Of a stretch of 64,000 nucleotides of DNA, positions 9,080-18,243 are shown piece by piece. Where the stretch lies: the NCBI GenBank assembly GCA_965262415.1, contig OZ253533.1, forward strand, positions 1,131,222 through 1,195,221. Reading direction: 5' to 3'. Each line of letters starts with the position of its first letter. Positions within the stretch are counted from its first letter, which is position 1. Origin of the DNA: Rhodospirillales bacterium. GTDB taxonomy: Bacteria; Pseudomonadota; Alphaproteobacteria; Rhodospirillales; Casp-alpha2. A program made the translations under genes and the position numbers. The notes under the pieces were generated by a model that worked only from the letters and a program-made list of their open reading frames with translations, was not told the origin of the DNA and did not search any database.

Positions 9080-10282
9080 CTAATTCGCCGCCGCCCGCAA
9101 CCGTTCCAGAAGGCCGAACGTCGGGTGTGCGTCGGCCGGAAGATTGACGCTTTTCTGGAACGCGCGAATGGCGTCCCGCGTCATCGGGCCGGCACGGCCG
9201 TCGATACCGCCTGTATTGAAGCCGATCCGCGTCAGCAGGCGCTGCATCTCCTCGATATCCGCAAAGCGCAGCATCTGCGCGTCGGCCGGTTTTTTCACAC
9301 TCAGCGGCGGCAGCCCGATAAACCGGTCGGCAAGGTGGCCGACGGCAATCGCATACAGCTGCGACGTGTTCCAGCGCATGATGGTACGGAAGTTCTTGTA
9401 GACCAGGAACGCCGGTCCGGCGGCACCGGCGGGCAGCAGCAGCGACGCTTCGATGTCCGCACCGGGCAAGTTACCGCCACCGACCTTGCGAATACCGAGC
9501 GCCTGCCACTCGGCCATCTTTTTCCTAGTGTGCAATCCGGCCAGCGATAGATCGAAACCCGCCGGCATAGTGACTTCCCTGCCCCAGGTATACTCCGGCT
9601 GCCAGCCGACCCGGCTCAGGTAGTTGGAAGCGGACGCGAAGGCGTCCGGCAGGCTGTTCCACAGATCGCGCTTGCCGTCGCCGTCATGATCGACGGCATA
9701 GGCTTCGAACGTGGTCGGGATGAACTGCATGTTGCCCATGGCGCCGGCCCAGGATGACTTTACGTCGACCGGCACGTCGCCCATGCCGACAAGCCGGATC
9801 GCCGACATGAACTGTGTCTTGAAGAAATCCGCACGCCTGGCGTCGTGGGCCAGCGTGGCCACCGCGCTCAGCATGTGAAAGGCGCCGAAGTTACGCCCGA
9901 AGTCCGTTTCCACTCCCCAGAAGGCGACCAGGAATCGGGGCGGCACGCCATATTTCTTCTCGATCTCGGCCAGCAGCTTGGCGTGCGTCTTCAGCAGTTC
10001 CTTGCCCTGCGCGATACGTTTGTCCGGTACATAGAGTTCCATGTAGCGCCATAACGTCAGCATGAATTCCGGTTGCCGCCGGTCGAGTTCCAGAACCCGC
10101 GGGATTGGCGTCACCGTCCCGAGTGCCTTGTCCAGAACGTCGTTCTTGATCCCGGCGCGCGCCGCTTCGCCCCGGAAACCCTTGAGCCAATCCGCAAAGG
10201 GTTCCGCCGCATCGGCCACGGCAGGCGTCATGAGCGAAGTCACGACAGCCGTTGCCGCCAGTACGTTTCGTAAAATGGTCAT
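9080..10282 (-). CDS. Lytic murein transglycosylase (MltB/Slt35-like) with C-terminal peptidoglycan-binding domain
   Basis: FWGVETDFG and GAMGNMQFIPTTF motifs. PG_binding_1-like tail (LQRLLTRIGFNTGGIDGRAGPMTRDAIRAFQ). Start at MTILRN overlaps the upstream stop (ATGA). Confidence 0.85.
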   Translation of the reverse strand: MTILRNVLAATAVVTSLMTPAVADAAEPFADWLKGFRGEAARAGIKNDVLDKALGTVTPIPRVLELDRRQPEFMLTLWRYMELYVPDKRIAQGKELLKTHAKLLAEIEKKYGVPPRFLVAFWGVETDFGRNFGAFHMLSAVATLAHDARRADFFKTQFMSAIRLVGMGDVPVDVKSSWAGAMGNMQFIPTTFEAYAVDHDGDGKRDLWNSLPDAFASASNYLSRVGWQPEYTWGREVTMPAGFDLSLAGLHTRKKMAEWQALGIRKVGGGNLPGADIEASLLLPAGAAGPAFLVYKNFRTIMRWNTSQLYAIAVGHLADRFIGLPPLSVKKPADAQMLRFADIEEMQRLLTRIGFNTGGIDGRAGPMTRDAIRAFQKSVNLPADAHPTFGLLERLRAAAN

Positions 10283-11088
10283 TGCGCCTCCGACGCCCTG
10301 GGTTTTGGAAAAGCGGCGCTGTTCTTGCCGGTGAGCCAGTACGCGATCAGGCCGATCCATTCGTGCCCCGCGTTTGCCATGCCGCCCAGGCCGGCGCCGA
10401 AATCGAGCGGTCCCGGGAACGACGGCGATTTGGCGATCTTATAATCAACCGGATACGGGATCATTTCCCAGCCGACACGGCGGAACACGCCGACGGCGCG
10501 CGGCATATGAAAAGCGGACGTGACGAGAATCCATGTCTCCTCCGGTTTCGGCGCCATCATCTCCATCGTGTACTTTGCGTTTTCCCACGTATTTCGGGCT
10601 TCGCGCTCAAGGATGACGCGGCTCCGATCAATCCCCAGCGCCTCGTAGAGTTCGATGACGTAATCCGCTTCCTTGACGTCCTGACGGGTCAGAGATCCGG
10701 AACCGCCCGAGTAAACGAGCTTGGCGTCCGGATAGCGTTTCGCCAATGCAGCGGACTCGGTGATCCGCTCGACGGCACCGTTGATCGCCACCCGGTCGCG
10801 TTCCTCGGTATTGACCGGATCTATGACGCCGCCAAGCACCACAATACCGTCGATACGGTCCGGCAAATCATGCGGCGCGGCGAACCTGTCCTCGAGCAGC
10901 TTCAGCATATAAGGGCCGACCGGCACGAATGTCGCCACCAGCGCGAAGATCACCGCCAGCCAGACCAACGACTTGCCGATGCGCTTGAACCTCGTCGACG
11001 CCAGGAACAGCCCCGAAAGCAAGGCGATCAGAAACGCATTGCCGGGACTGGCGACGAACCAGAAGATTTTAGACAGATAAAAGAACAT
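10279..11088 (-). CDS. YdcF/ElyC-family (DUF218) membrane protein
   Basis: N-terminal TM helices followed by a DUF218-like core (IVVLGGV ... NTWENA ... LVTSAFHMPRA). Confidence 0.8.
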   Translation of the reverse strand: MFFYLSKIFWFVASPGNAFLIALLSGLFLASTRFKRIGKSLVWLAVIFALVATFVPVGPYMLKLLEDRFAAPHDLPDRIDGIVVLGGVIDPVNTEERDRVAINGAVERITESAALAKRYPDAKLVYSGGSGSLTRQDVKEADYVIELYEALGIDRSRVILEREARNTWENAKYTMEMMAPKPEETWILVTSAFHMPRAVGVFRRVGWEMIPYPVDYKIAKSPSFPGPLDFGAGLGGMANAGHEWIGLIAYWLTGKNSAAFPKPRASEAQ

Positions 11089-11333
11089 CGCGCCTACCTG
11101 AAAACTGCTTAACCCGCACCGGGTTCGTCGGCAACGATGTCCCGCACGCGCGCCAATACAGCGCTCACCTTTGATATGAGATCAATGAGGCAAGATTATG
11201 ATTATATTGATTTAATTTCTCTTACCGGTTCGGCAGGGAGCGCGCCGCCGAAAGCTGCCGGCGACAAGATACTTGCGGCACGCCGTGGCGGCTACCAAGG
11301 GAAGCGCATCGATTCGATACCGTCCTGGACGGA

Positions 11334-12119
11334 TTACTGCGGATTGGTCGCGAGCGTCGGTCCCTGATCATCCGCCAGCGTCGGGAAACTCTGCTCCTCG
11401 ACGGCACCGTTGCTCACCTGATATTCCCGGTTCTGCTCGTAAGCTTCACGCTCCGCCACGTACGGATCAAGCGAGTTGCGCTCAAGAGCCTGAATATCGT
11501 CCTGATAGGTAGAGTAACGCACACCACCGTCCGCAGCATGAACCACCAGCGGCAGCGGACTGGCCAAACCCGTCAGGATATCCCCGGTGGCGTCACGCAG
11601 GTTGCTCGGACCGAGGATCGGCAGCACGATATGCGGCCCCGTCGACATGCCGTTGACGGCCATTGCCTGCCCGAGATCCTCGCGGCGTTGCATCATACCC
11701 ATATCCGTCGCGGGATCGCTCAGACCGCCTATGCCGATCGTCGAATTGACAAAGAACCGGCCAGTCGCGTTCTGCGCGTTGTCCGTATCGCCCTGGATAA
11801 GCGAACTCACCGCGGTCACGGGTTCCGACAGATTGGAGAAGAAATTCGAAACCGAGTCCTGCACCGGTTCCGGTGTCACGTACTGGTAGCCGTCGACCAG
11901 CGGGTCGATAAGCGCGCCGCGGACAGCTCTGTTGAACCCGGACGTGAAGCGGTTGACGTGCTCCAGCGGATCGTCGGTTTGTTGCGCCTGACTGGCCGGC
12001 GTGGTCTCGTCGGCAGCCGCTTGTGGCGCCGCCCCACCCGCGGACAGCAATCCGGCGAGCGCAAACACAGCGCCGGCAGATCGAAAAACCTTATTAGAAA
12101 TCAAAGGGTTATGTGTCAT
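11334..12119 (-). CDS. mlaA: MlaA/VacJ-family lipoprotein
   Basis: DPLEHVNRFTSGFNRAVRGALIDPL ... NFFSNLSEP ... NSTIGIGGL, typical of VacJ. Start taken at MTHNPL (12119); the ORF extends to 12242. Confidence 0.8.
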   Translation of the reverse strand: MTHNPLISNKVFRSAGAVFALAGLLSAGGAAPQAAADETTPASQAQQTDDPLEHVNRFTSGFNRAVRGALIDPLVDGYQYVTPEPVQDSVSNFFSNLSEPVTAVSSLIQGDTDNAQNATGRFFVNSTIGIGGLSDPATDMGMMQRREDLGQAMAVNGMSTGPHIVLPILGPSNLRDATGDILTGLASPLPLVVHAADGGVRYSTYQDDIQALERNSLDPYVAEREAYEQNREYQVSNGAVEEQSFPTLADDQGPTLATNPQ

Positions 12120-12260
12120 TTCATCCAGCCCCAGCCACCCACATATACGGCCCGGCCTTTCGGCTTCACCGTCATTTTCATTAAATTTTAGGCAATTTAC
12201 CACAGGGCTCGCCATTCCGCAGCAAAAACAAGGTTCTGGCATGGACCCGGATTCCGCCGC

Positions 12261-12683
12261 TCATGCCAGCGTCGCCCGCTCGAACCAGTAGTGGCATAGG
12301 TCCTTGACCATATCAGATACGGCGTTCAAGCCCATCGGCTTGGTGACGAAGCTGTTCGCGCCACGTTCGTAGGATCGCTGAATGTCGCGCGGCTGGTCGG
12401 AGGTGGTCCAAACGATGACGGGAATGTGTCTCAGGACGGGAGAACTCTTGAAGTGCCTGAGGCAACTCAATCCGTCTGCGCCCGGCAAATTCAGGTCCAT
12501 CAGCACGATCTGTTTATGATTGGACGTGCGTTTGGCGTTCTTCTCGCAGTACTCGATTGCAAGCTCCGCCGTTTCCAGATGCACGACGGATATTGTCGGA
12601 TCGCCGAGTTTATTGATCGCACGGGTCACGACCCGTGCATCCGCGGCGCTGTCTTCGACCAGTATGATCACGTTTTGCTTCAT
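12261..12683 (-). CDS. Single-domain response regulator (receiver only)
   Basis: ILVEDSAADA ... VLMDLNLPGADG ... VIVWTTS ... FVTKP receiver signature. Sits 5 nt downstream of the kinase. Confidence 0.87.
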   Translation of the reverse strand: MKQNVIILVEDSAADARVVTRAINKLGDPTISVVHLETAELAIEYCEKNAKRTSNHKQIVLMDLNLPGADGLSCLRHFKSSPVLRHIPVIVWTTSDQPRDIQRSYERGANSFVTKPMGLNAVSDMVKDLCHYWFERATLA

Positions 12684-12688
12684 CGTGC

Positions 12689-13945
12689 TTACACGGCCCT
12701 CAGCATCAGCTCGAACGAAGCGCCGCCTTGCGAGGACGGATACAGTCTGATCGTCCCGTTGTAGCGCTCGACAATTCTTTTGACGATGGCCAGCCCCATA
12801 CCCGTCGTGTGCACCGCGGTGCCCCCGGATTCCTTGTTATCTTCGCCCCTGCGGGGGTCGGCCGCACGCTTGAACATCTTGAAGATGTCCTCGTGCAGCC
12901 CATCGGGGATGCCCGGACCGTTGTCACTGACGACGATCCGGACCGCACCGTCGCCGTCGTCACTGGCCTCGATCACCACGTGCGGACTCTCGTTCGAATG
13001 CGTGGCTGCGTTTGAAATCAGGTTCTGCATCATCGCCAGCGCGTGCGCGCGTGCGCAACGGATGACCGGCAGCTTGTGCGGCACATCGATCCGGAGGCCG
13101 GAATCGTCGATAAGCGACTGCAGGTTGTCGACGGTCTCGGCCAGCACGCCGTTCAGGTCCACATCCTCGACGGTTTCATCGGCATTGCCGGCACGGCTGT
13201 AGTCGCGCAGCGAATTGATCAGGTCCGTCAGCCGGTCGGCGAGACGGATAATCGCGTTCAAGTCCTTTTTGCCCTGCGCGCTTATGGCGTCCGCGTGATC
13301 GTCGGCGACGATTTCCGCATAGTGCCGGATCCCGCGCAACGGCTCCTTGAGATCGTGCGACGCGACGTGGACGAAGGTCGACAGGTCCTCGTTCACCTGC
13401 TCCAGGTCGCGGTAGGCGACATTGAGTTCGCGCGTACGTTCCTCGACCCGCACCTCAAGCTCGCGGCGCATGGCGCGCAGTTCGGCGAGGGTGACCTCAT
13501 GCTCGGCGATTTCGTGCTTCAGTTCCGCGTTGACCTTTTCCAGGTCCCTGTTCAGCACCTGAAGGGCTTTGGGACTCGGGACCTTCAAGAGCTTGGGCAA
13601 TAGCGGCCAGATGGCGATCGCCGTCAAAAGGGAGATGATCGCCGTCGCCGCCTTGATCAGTCCCTGCAGGCCATACGCCGGCTGCCAAAGCGTCACCATC
13701 CCCACCAGATGCGTGAGCCCGCAGGCCAAAATAAACATCGCAAACAGGACGATCGTGGTCCGGTGTTCGATCTCCGGACGTTTCCGGACGAACACCACCA
13801 GTGCCGCCGGGATCGACGCATAGGCGAGGAATATCAGCGCATCGGAAACGGCGTGCAGTGCCACCAAGTCGGGGCGCCACAACAAACAGTAACCGTGCGG
13901 CATGAACGACGCCGCCCCGAAAAGGTACTCGATGATGCTCTGCAT
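12689..13945 (-). CDS. Sensor histidine kinase with N-terminal ethylene-binding-domain-like membrane module
   Basis: H-box VASHDLKEPLRGI, N/G boxes (NLISNAATHS, DNGPGIP, GMGLAIVKRIV) and a 3-TM N-terminus matching the ETR1 EBD (see findings). Confidence 0.88.
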   Translation of the reverse strand: MQSIIEYLFGAASFMPHGYCLLWRPDLVALHAVSDALIFLAYASIPAALVVFVRKRPEIEHRTTIVLFAMFILACGLTHLVGMVTLWQPAYGLQGLIKAATAIISLLTAIAIWPLLPKLLKVPSPKALQVLNRDLEKVNAELKHEIAEHEVTLAELRAMRRELEVRVEERTRELNVAYRDLEQVNEDLSTFVHVASHDLKEPLRGIRHYAEIVADDHADAISAQGKKDLNAIIRLADRLTDLINSLRDYSRAGNADETVEDVDLNGVLAETVDNLQSLIDDSGLRIDVPHKLPVIRCARAHALAMMQNLISNAATHSNESPHVVIEASDDGDGAVRIVVSDNGPGIPDGLHEDIFKMFKRAADPRRGEDNKESGGTAVHTTGMGLAIVKRIVERYNGTIRLYPSSQGGASFELMLRAV

Positions 13946-14142
13946 TTGAGCTCTCCCAAGCTTTCGCAGCCCTGTTATCCTAGGGACGGCGGGTTTTCAG
14001 GCATATGAGGGTTTTCCGATGATACACGGCGCGCCGAACGGCGTGAAGCGAACCGTCTTCTAGGCCCTTGCAGCCCGGCACGGCCGGGGGCTAAAGTCCG
14101 CCGCCCGGGCAACCGGCAGCAAACGTTTCGTACCCGGCAACC

Positions 14143-14232
14143 GGTGGGGTGGCAGAGTGGTCGAATGCGGCGGTCTTGAAAACCGTTGTGCGTGAGAGCG
14201 TACCGTGGGTTCGAATCCCACCCCCACCGCCA
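14143..14232 (+). tRNA. tRNA-Ser (anticodon UGA)
   Basis: Hand-folded cloverleaf. Acceptor GGTGGGG/CCCCACC, anticodon stem GCGGT/ACCGT with loop CTTGAAA, long variable arm, T-arm GTGGG-TTCGAAT-CCCAC, discriminator G and encoded CCA. Confidence 0.9.
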
Positions 14233-14413
14233 TACACCAAGGGCCTCAGATCGGGGCTCTTGGTGTATGGAGGCGTGGCGTGCGGTGAACGGAGCCAATC
14301 GTGCGCAAATCACCGCAGATGCCGAAGCGGGCAGCACGGCCACCACGCCCGCGTCCGCCGCATACGTGTTGGTCCTGATTTCGGTCGACACACGGCTCTG
14401 CTATTTCCAGAAT

Positions 14414-14956
14414 ATGCGCCTGGAGTGCATTGCAAGGACCGTTACTTTGAGCCGCCTGGACGTCATCGAGAGCATTACAACCGATCCCCGGTTCATCGAA
14501 TTTTCGAAGCACGTTCTCGCGTCCGGACCAAGCGAAGACCGCCCTAACATGGCGAATATCGATCTCATGTCGATGCCCGGACTGGTGCCGAACATCTACA
14601 TTCTTGATTTCAGGAAAGGCATCGACGACGGGCTGCTGATGAAGTTCGCGGGCTCGGAGGTGGAACGGAACTACCCCAAGCCGCTGCAAGGCAATTACCT
14701 CGACAAGCTCTATACGGGGCATGACCACAAGGAATTATTTATGAACGTGTACCGGCGGGCCTACCAGCACGGGGAGTCATTCTACACGCGCCGTGTCGTC
14801 CGCTACGAAGAAAACGGCGACGACCAGAAGTACCGCCTGGCAACCGCCTTGTTCTTTACCTGCTTTTCTGCGACCGGTGCGGTGGACTACGGTATCGGCC
14901 TCGCCTATTACGACTTCGCGCGCGAAAGGACCGAGCCCGTCTTCAGCAACGTCTGA
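14414..14956 (+). CDS. PAS_5 (DUF1457)-like PAS-domain protein
   Basis: ORF 14186..14956 trimmed to ATG 14414, because the longer form overlaps the tRNA. The pattern DLMSMPGLVPNIYILD ... KFAGSEVERNY resembles the alphaproteobacterial PAS_5 family. Confidence 0.6.
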   Translation: MRLECIARTVTLSRLDVIESITTDPRFIEFSKHVLASGPSEDRPNMANIDLMSMPGLVPNIYILDFRKGIDDGLLMKFAGSEVERNYPKPLQGNYLDKLYTGHDHKELFMNVYRRAYQHGESFYTRRVVRYEENGDDQKYRLATALFFTCFSATGAVDYGIGLAYYDFARERTEPVFSNV

Positions 14957-14973
14957 GCCTGTCCGTACCGATT

Positions 14974-15180
14974 TTATTGCTGCAGAAACTTATGGTGCAG
15001 TTCGTAAGCCTCGTTCACCTCGGGCATTTCCTTGCGCTTGTCGGCAAGCGAACCGCCGATTGATGTCAGCTGCATTTCCAGCGCATCGAACAAAAGCCGG
15101 GCGACTTCGACAGCCCCCTCTTCGCAGGCTTGTTTGTGGGCATGAATGATCTTGTCGCTCAGGCGTCGGTCGTACGTCAC
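14974..15180 (-). CDS. Hypothetical 68-aa protein
   Basis: Isolated ORF with host-like codon bias. No recognisable motif. Confidence 0.4.
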   Translation of the reverse strand: MTYDRRLSDKIIHAHKQACEEGAVEVARLLFDALEMQLTSIGGSLADKRKEMPEVNEAYELHHKFLQQ

Positions 15181-15320
15181 GCAAGCCTCCCAATTCGTCC
15201 CGTTTCAGATCGGATTTCAACCTCACTATAGCCGGATTGGCCGACGCACCGGAGAAAATAAATGTGCAACGCTGTCCCGGTTATGCTTACAAGGATTGAA
15301 ACAGGGGGAAGCAATCAACG

Positions 15321-16223
15321 ATGACGATACTGAAAACGGCCGCCTTCATCGGCCTGGGTGTCATGGGCGAGCCCATGTGCCGCAACCTGACAAGCAAACG
15401 GGCCAGCGCTGGTCTCGACGAGGTCCGCGCCTTTGACGTCCGCGCCGAACCGCTGGCACGTCTCGCTGGGCAAGGCGCGGTCGCCGCAGCCTCTGCCGCC
15501 GAAGCGGCAACGGCCGCCGATGTGGTGTTCGTCTCGTTACCGGGCGGCAATGAGGTCGAGGATATCCTGCTCGGCGCAGGCGGACTGCTGGATGCAATGA
15601 CGCCGGACGCCGTGTTCGTCGATCTTTCGACCTCGCCGGTGACGCTTTCGCGCGAGCTTGCCGCGAAGGTGGAAGCAAAAGGCATCCGGTACGCCGACGC
15701 ACCGGTGGCACGCACCCGTCAGGCCGCCGAACAGGGCACGCTCGCCATCATGGTCGGCGGCACCGACGACGTCTTCCAGCGCATCGAGCCCCTGCTCGGC
15801 TGTTTCGCGTCGGACGTGATGCATTGCGGCGGCGTCGGCTGCGGGCAGATGGTCAAGATCCTCAACAACATGGTGCTGTTCCAGAACGTGGTTGCGCTTT
15901 CCGAAGCGCTCACCGTCGCGCGCCACGCGGGCATGGACGGTGACGTGCTGTTCAATGCGCTGACACAGGGCTCGGGCGACAGCTTCGCGCTTAGGAACCA
16001 CGGTATGAAGGCGCTGCTGCCGGGCGAATTTCCGCTGCAGGCGTTCTCCACCATCTACGCGCAGAAGGACCTCTCATACGCTCTCGAACTCGCCGACGAT
16101 ATCGGCCGCACGCTGCCGGGCGCGGAAAACGTGAAGACGCTGTTCGAGCAGACCATCGAGAGCGGCTTCGGCGACAATTACTGGCCCGCCGTCGTCAACG
16201 TCATCGACAAGCCGAAGGACTGA
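15321..16223 (+). CDS. NAD(P)-dependent 3-hydroxyisobutyrate/6-phosphogluconate-type dehydrogenase
   Basis: AFIGLGVMGEPM dinucleotide fold and DAPVARTRQAAEQGTLAIMVGG motif. Confidence 0.88.
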   Translation: MTILKTAAFIGLGVMGEPMCRNLTSKRASAGLDEVRAFDVRAEPLARLAGQGAVAAASAAEAATAADVVFVSLPGGNEVEDILLGAGGLLDAMTPDAVFVDLSTSPVTLSRELAAKVEAKGIRYADAPVARTRQAAEQGTLAIMVGGTDDVFQRIEPLLGCFASDVMHCGGVGCGQMVKILNNMVLFQNVVALSEALTVARHAGMDGDVLFNALTQGSGDSFALRNHGMKALLPGEFPLQAFSTIYAQKDLSYALELADDIGRTLPGAENVKTLFEQTIESGFGDNYWPAVVNVIDKPKD

Positions 16224-16228
16224 CGCAG

Positions 16229-17011
16229 ATGCTCAAGGGAAAGACGGCACTGATCACCGGCTCCTCGCTCGGCATCGGCTACGCGGTGGCGGACAAGCTG
16301 GCGTCCATCGGCTGCAACCTGGTGATGAACGGAATCGAGGACACATCCGTGGTCGGCCCGAAGGCAGATGCGCTCGCCGAAGCGCATGGTATCACCGCCG
16401 TGTACGAGGCATGCGACGTCGGCGACGGCGACGCGCTGGATGCACTCTGCGCCGGCGCGATCGAACGTTTCGGCGGCATCGACATCGTCGTCAACAACGC
16501 CGTGACGCGGGTCTTCGGCGCCGTCGAAGACACCAACCCCGGCGACTGGGAACACGCCATCGACGTCAATCTCAATTCGGCGTTCCGTACCATCCATCAC
16601 GCCATGCCGGGCATGAAGGAAAGAGGCTGGGGCCGCATCGTCAACATGTCCTCGATCTACGGCTCCATCGGCGCCGTCGACCGGGCCAGCTACGTCACAT
16701 CAAAGCACGCGCTGATCGGGCTGACCCGTGCCGTCGCGCTCGAAGTCGCCAAGCTGTCAATCACATGCAATGCCGTCGCCCCCGGCGCCGTGCGTGCGAC
16801 CAACGCGGACAATGCCATCAACGCGATCATGCAAGCGGACGGCATCGACGAGGCCGCCGCCACGGCGAAGTTCCTCGACGGCAAGAACCCGTCCGGCCGC
16901 TTCGCGGCGGCGGAAAGCGTCGCCAACCTGGTCGCCTTCCTGTGCAGCGACGCGGGACGCGACATCAACGGTGCGGTGCTGCCGGTCGATCAGGGCTGGT
17001 CGGCGGCCTGA
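16229..17011 (+). CDS. Short-chain dehydrogenase/reductase (3-hydroxybutyrate dehydrogenase-like)
   Basis: TGSSLGIG, NNAV, and catalytic S...YVTSKHA motifs. Confidence 0.88.
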   Translation: MLKGKTALITGSSLGIGYAVADKLASIGCNLVMNGIEDTSVVGPKADALAEAHGITAVYEACDVGDGDALDALCAGAIERFGGIDIVVNNAVTRVFGAVEDTNPGDWEHAIDVNLNSAFRTIHHAMPGMKERGWGRIVNMSSIYGSIGAVDRASYVTSKHALIGLTRAVALEVAKLSITCNAVAPGAVRATNADNAINAIMQADGIDEAAATAKFLDGKNPSGRFAAAESVANLVAFLCSDAGRDINGAVLPVDQGWSAA

Positions 17012-17017
17012 GACTAT

Positions 17018-18079
17018 CTAAACGAACGGGACGTGGTCGGGATCGAGCGATAGCAGCTCATGCAGCGCCTGGTTCTTGACGTGCGAGACGCAGTGATGGC
17101 GGCAGCGCTTGGAAGGGTCGAGCTCATAGACGCGCTTGCGGAGCGCGTCCGACGCCCATAGCGCGCGGAAGCTCTGTTTGGCGATGGAGCCCAGCTTGCC
17201 GCTTTCCGTGTAGGCCTTGTCCTGACAGGTGTAGACGTTGCAGTCGGCGCCGATCACGGTCAGGAACTGAAGGTACGGACAGCTGCCGTAGGATTTCTCG
17301 AAGCGATCTTCCATCTCGTGGTAGTGATCAACGATCCGGAAGTTTCCATCTTCGAGCACTCTCGCCTGCTCGATCTCGGCGGCAACGACACTGGCCAGCT
17401 TGCGATGGTAGACATTGTTGTCATGCACGTCGTTGGAGACAACCGCTGCCGACAGTTTGACGTGGCCGACGCCAGCGTCACGCAGTTGGCGGCAGACGTC
17501 GGCAATGTGTCCGCAGTTGGTTTCGTCAACGATGAAGCTGACGCCCAATACACAGGAACTGCCGCGCTTCGCGAAATCGCGCAGGTTCTGCATCAGGGAG
17601 GTGTAGGCCCCTTCCTTGATCGCGCGGCTCTTGGCGTAGCTTCGGTCATCCCAAGCATCCAGGGAGACACGGATCCAGGTGCCGTATTCGGCAAACACGT
17701 CCGCCATGCGGCCTTTCAGGTTGGACCCGTTGGTCAGGCTGGCGACGCGCACGCCGCCTTCGGCCAGGTCGCGGATGCGCTCCGGCAGCGATTTGTAGAG
17801 CAGCGGCTCCCCGCCGCCCGAGAACGTCACCGCCTTGACCCCCATGTCGACCAGGTCACCGACGATCTCCTTCATCTTGGCGTCGGGAATGCGGTCACCA
17901 AGATCCATGTCCTCGCCAAGCGCCAGATGATCGGCACGGTAGGCACAGTACCAGCAGGCATGATTGCAGCGGTTGATCGGCTTGATGCGCACATGCACCG
18001 GCGCGATGACGCGGCCTTCGCGCAACGCGGTGATGTGATCCGGGAAATGCACGAACTTGGACGGACTGTACACCTGCAT
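17018..18079 (-). CDS. Radical SAM protein with Cys-rich C-terminal (SPASM/twitch-like) region
   Basis: CNHACWYC (CX3CX2C), GGGEPLL, and C-terminal cysteines (SCPYL, DCNVYTC, CRHHC). Start taken at ATG 18079; the ORF opens with TTG at 18127. Confidence 0.8.
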   Translation of the reverse strand: MQVYSPSKFVHFPDHITALREGRVIAPVHVRIKPINRCNHACWYCAYRADHLALGEDMDLGDRIPDAKMKEIVGDLVDMGVKAVTFSGGGEPLLYKSLPERIRDLAEGGVRVASLTNGSNLKGRMADVFAEYGTWIRVSLDAWDDRSYAKSRAIKEGAYTSLMQNLRDFAKRGSSCVLGVSFIVDETNCGHIADVCRQLRDAGVGHVKLSAAVVSNDVHDNNVYHRKLASVVAAEIEQARVLEDGNFRIVDHYHEMEDRFEKSYGSCPYLQFLTVIGADCNVYTCQDKAYTESGKLGSIAKQSFRALWASDALRKRVYELDPSKRCRHHCVSHVKNQALHELLSLDPDHVPFV

Positions 18080-18243
18080 GACGCCGTTAGAACACGCACG
18101 CCGGCTAGGCGGAATGATCTGGATCAATCGCCGGAAATTGCGGGAATTACGTATTCATCAGACGGCACTGTTTCCGTCAAAATAACGGTCAGATCAAAAG
18201 ATCATGAAGAAGAGCGGCTGAGCCGCCGGTCTCCCCCAGTGCG

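Noticed and set aside
14186-14413. N-terminal extension of the PAS_5-like ORF
   Set aside because: It would overlap the tRNA-Ser gene. The ATG at 14414 gives a sensible protein.
14233-15320. Genomic island integrated at the 3' end of tRNA-Ser
   Set aside because: There is no integrase and no direct repeat of the tRNA 3' end downstream that I could find. The genes have ordinary composition.
15262-15324. 20-codon uORF with a GGAGA RBS whose TGA overlaps the ATG of the 15321 dehydrogenase gene
   Set aside because: It could be a leader peptide. A single short ORF in a GC-rich spacer is easily a chance event, and I cannot assess conservation.
18205-18235. Terminator after the MmgE/PrpD gene
   Set aside because: It has only a 5-bp stem (gcggc-tga-gccgc) with a modest T-rich tail on the minus strand. 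That is too weak to list as a feature.
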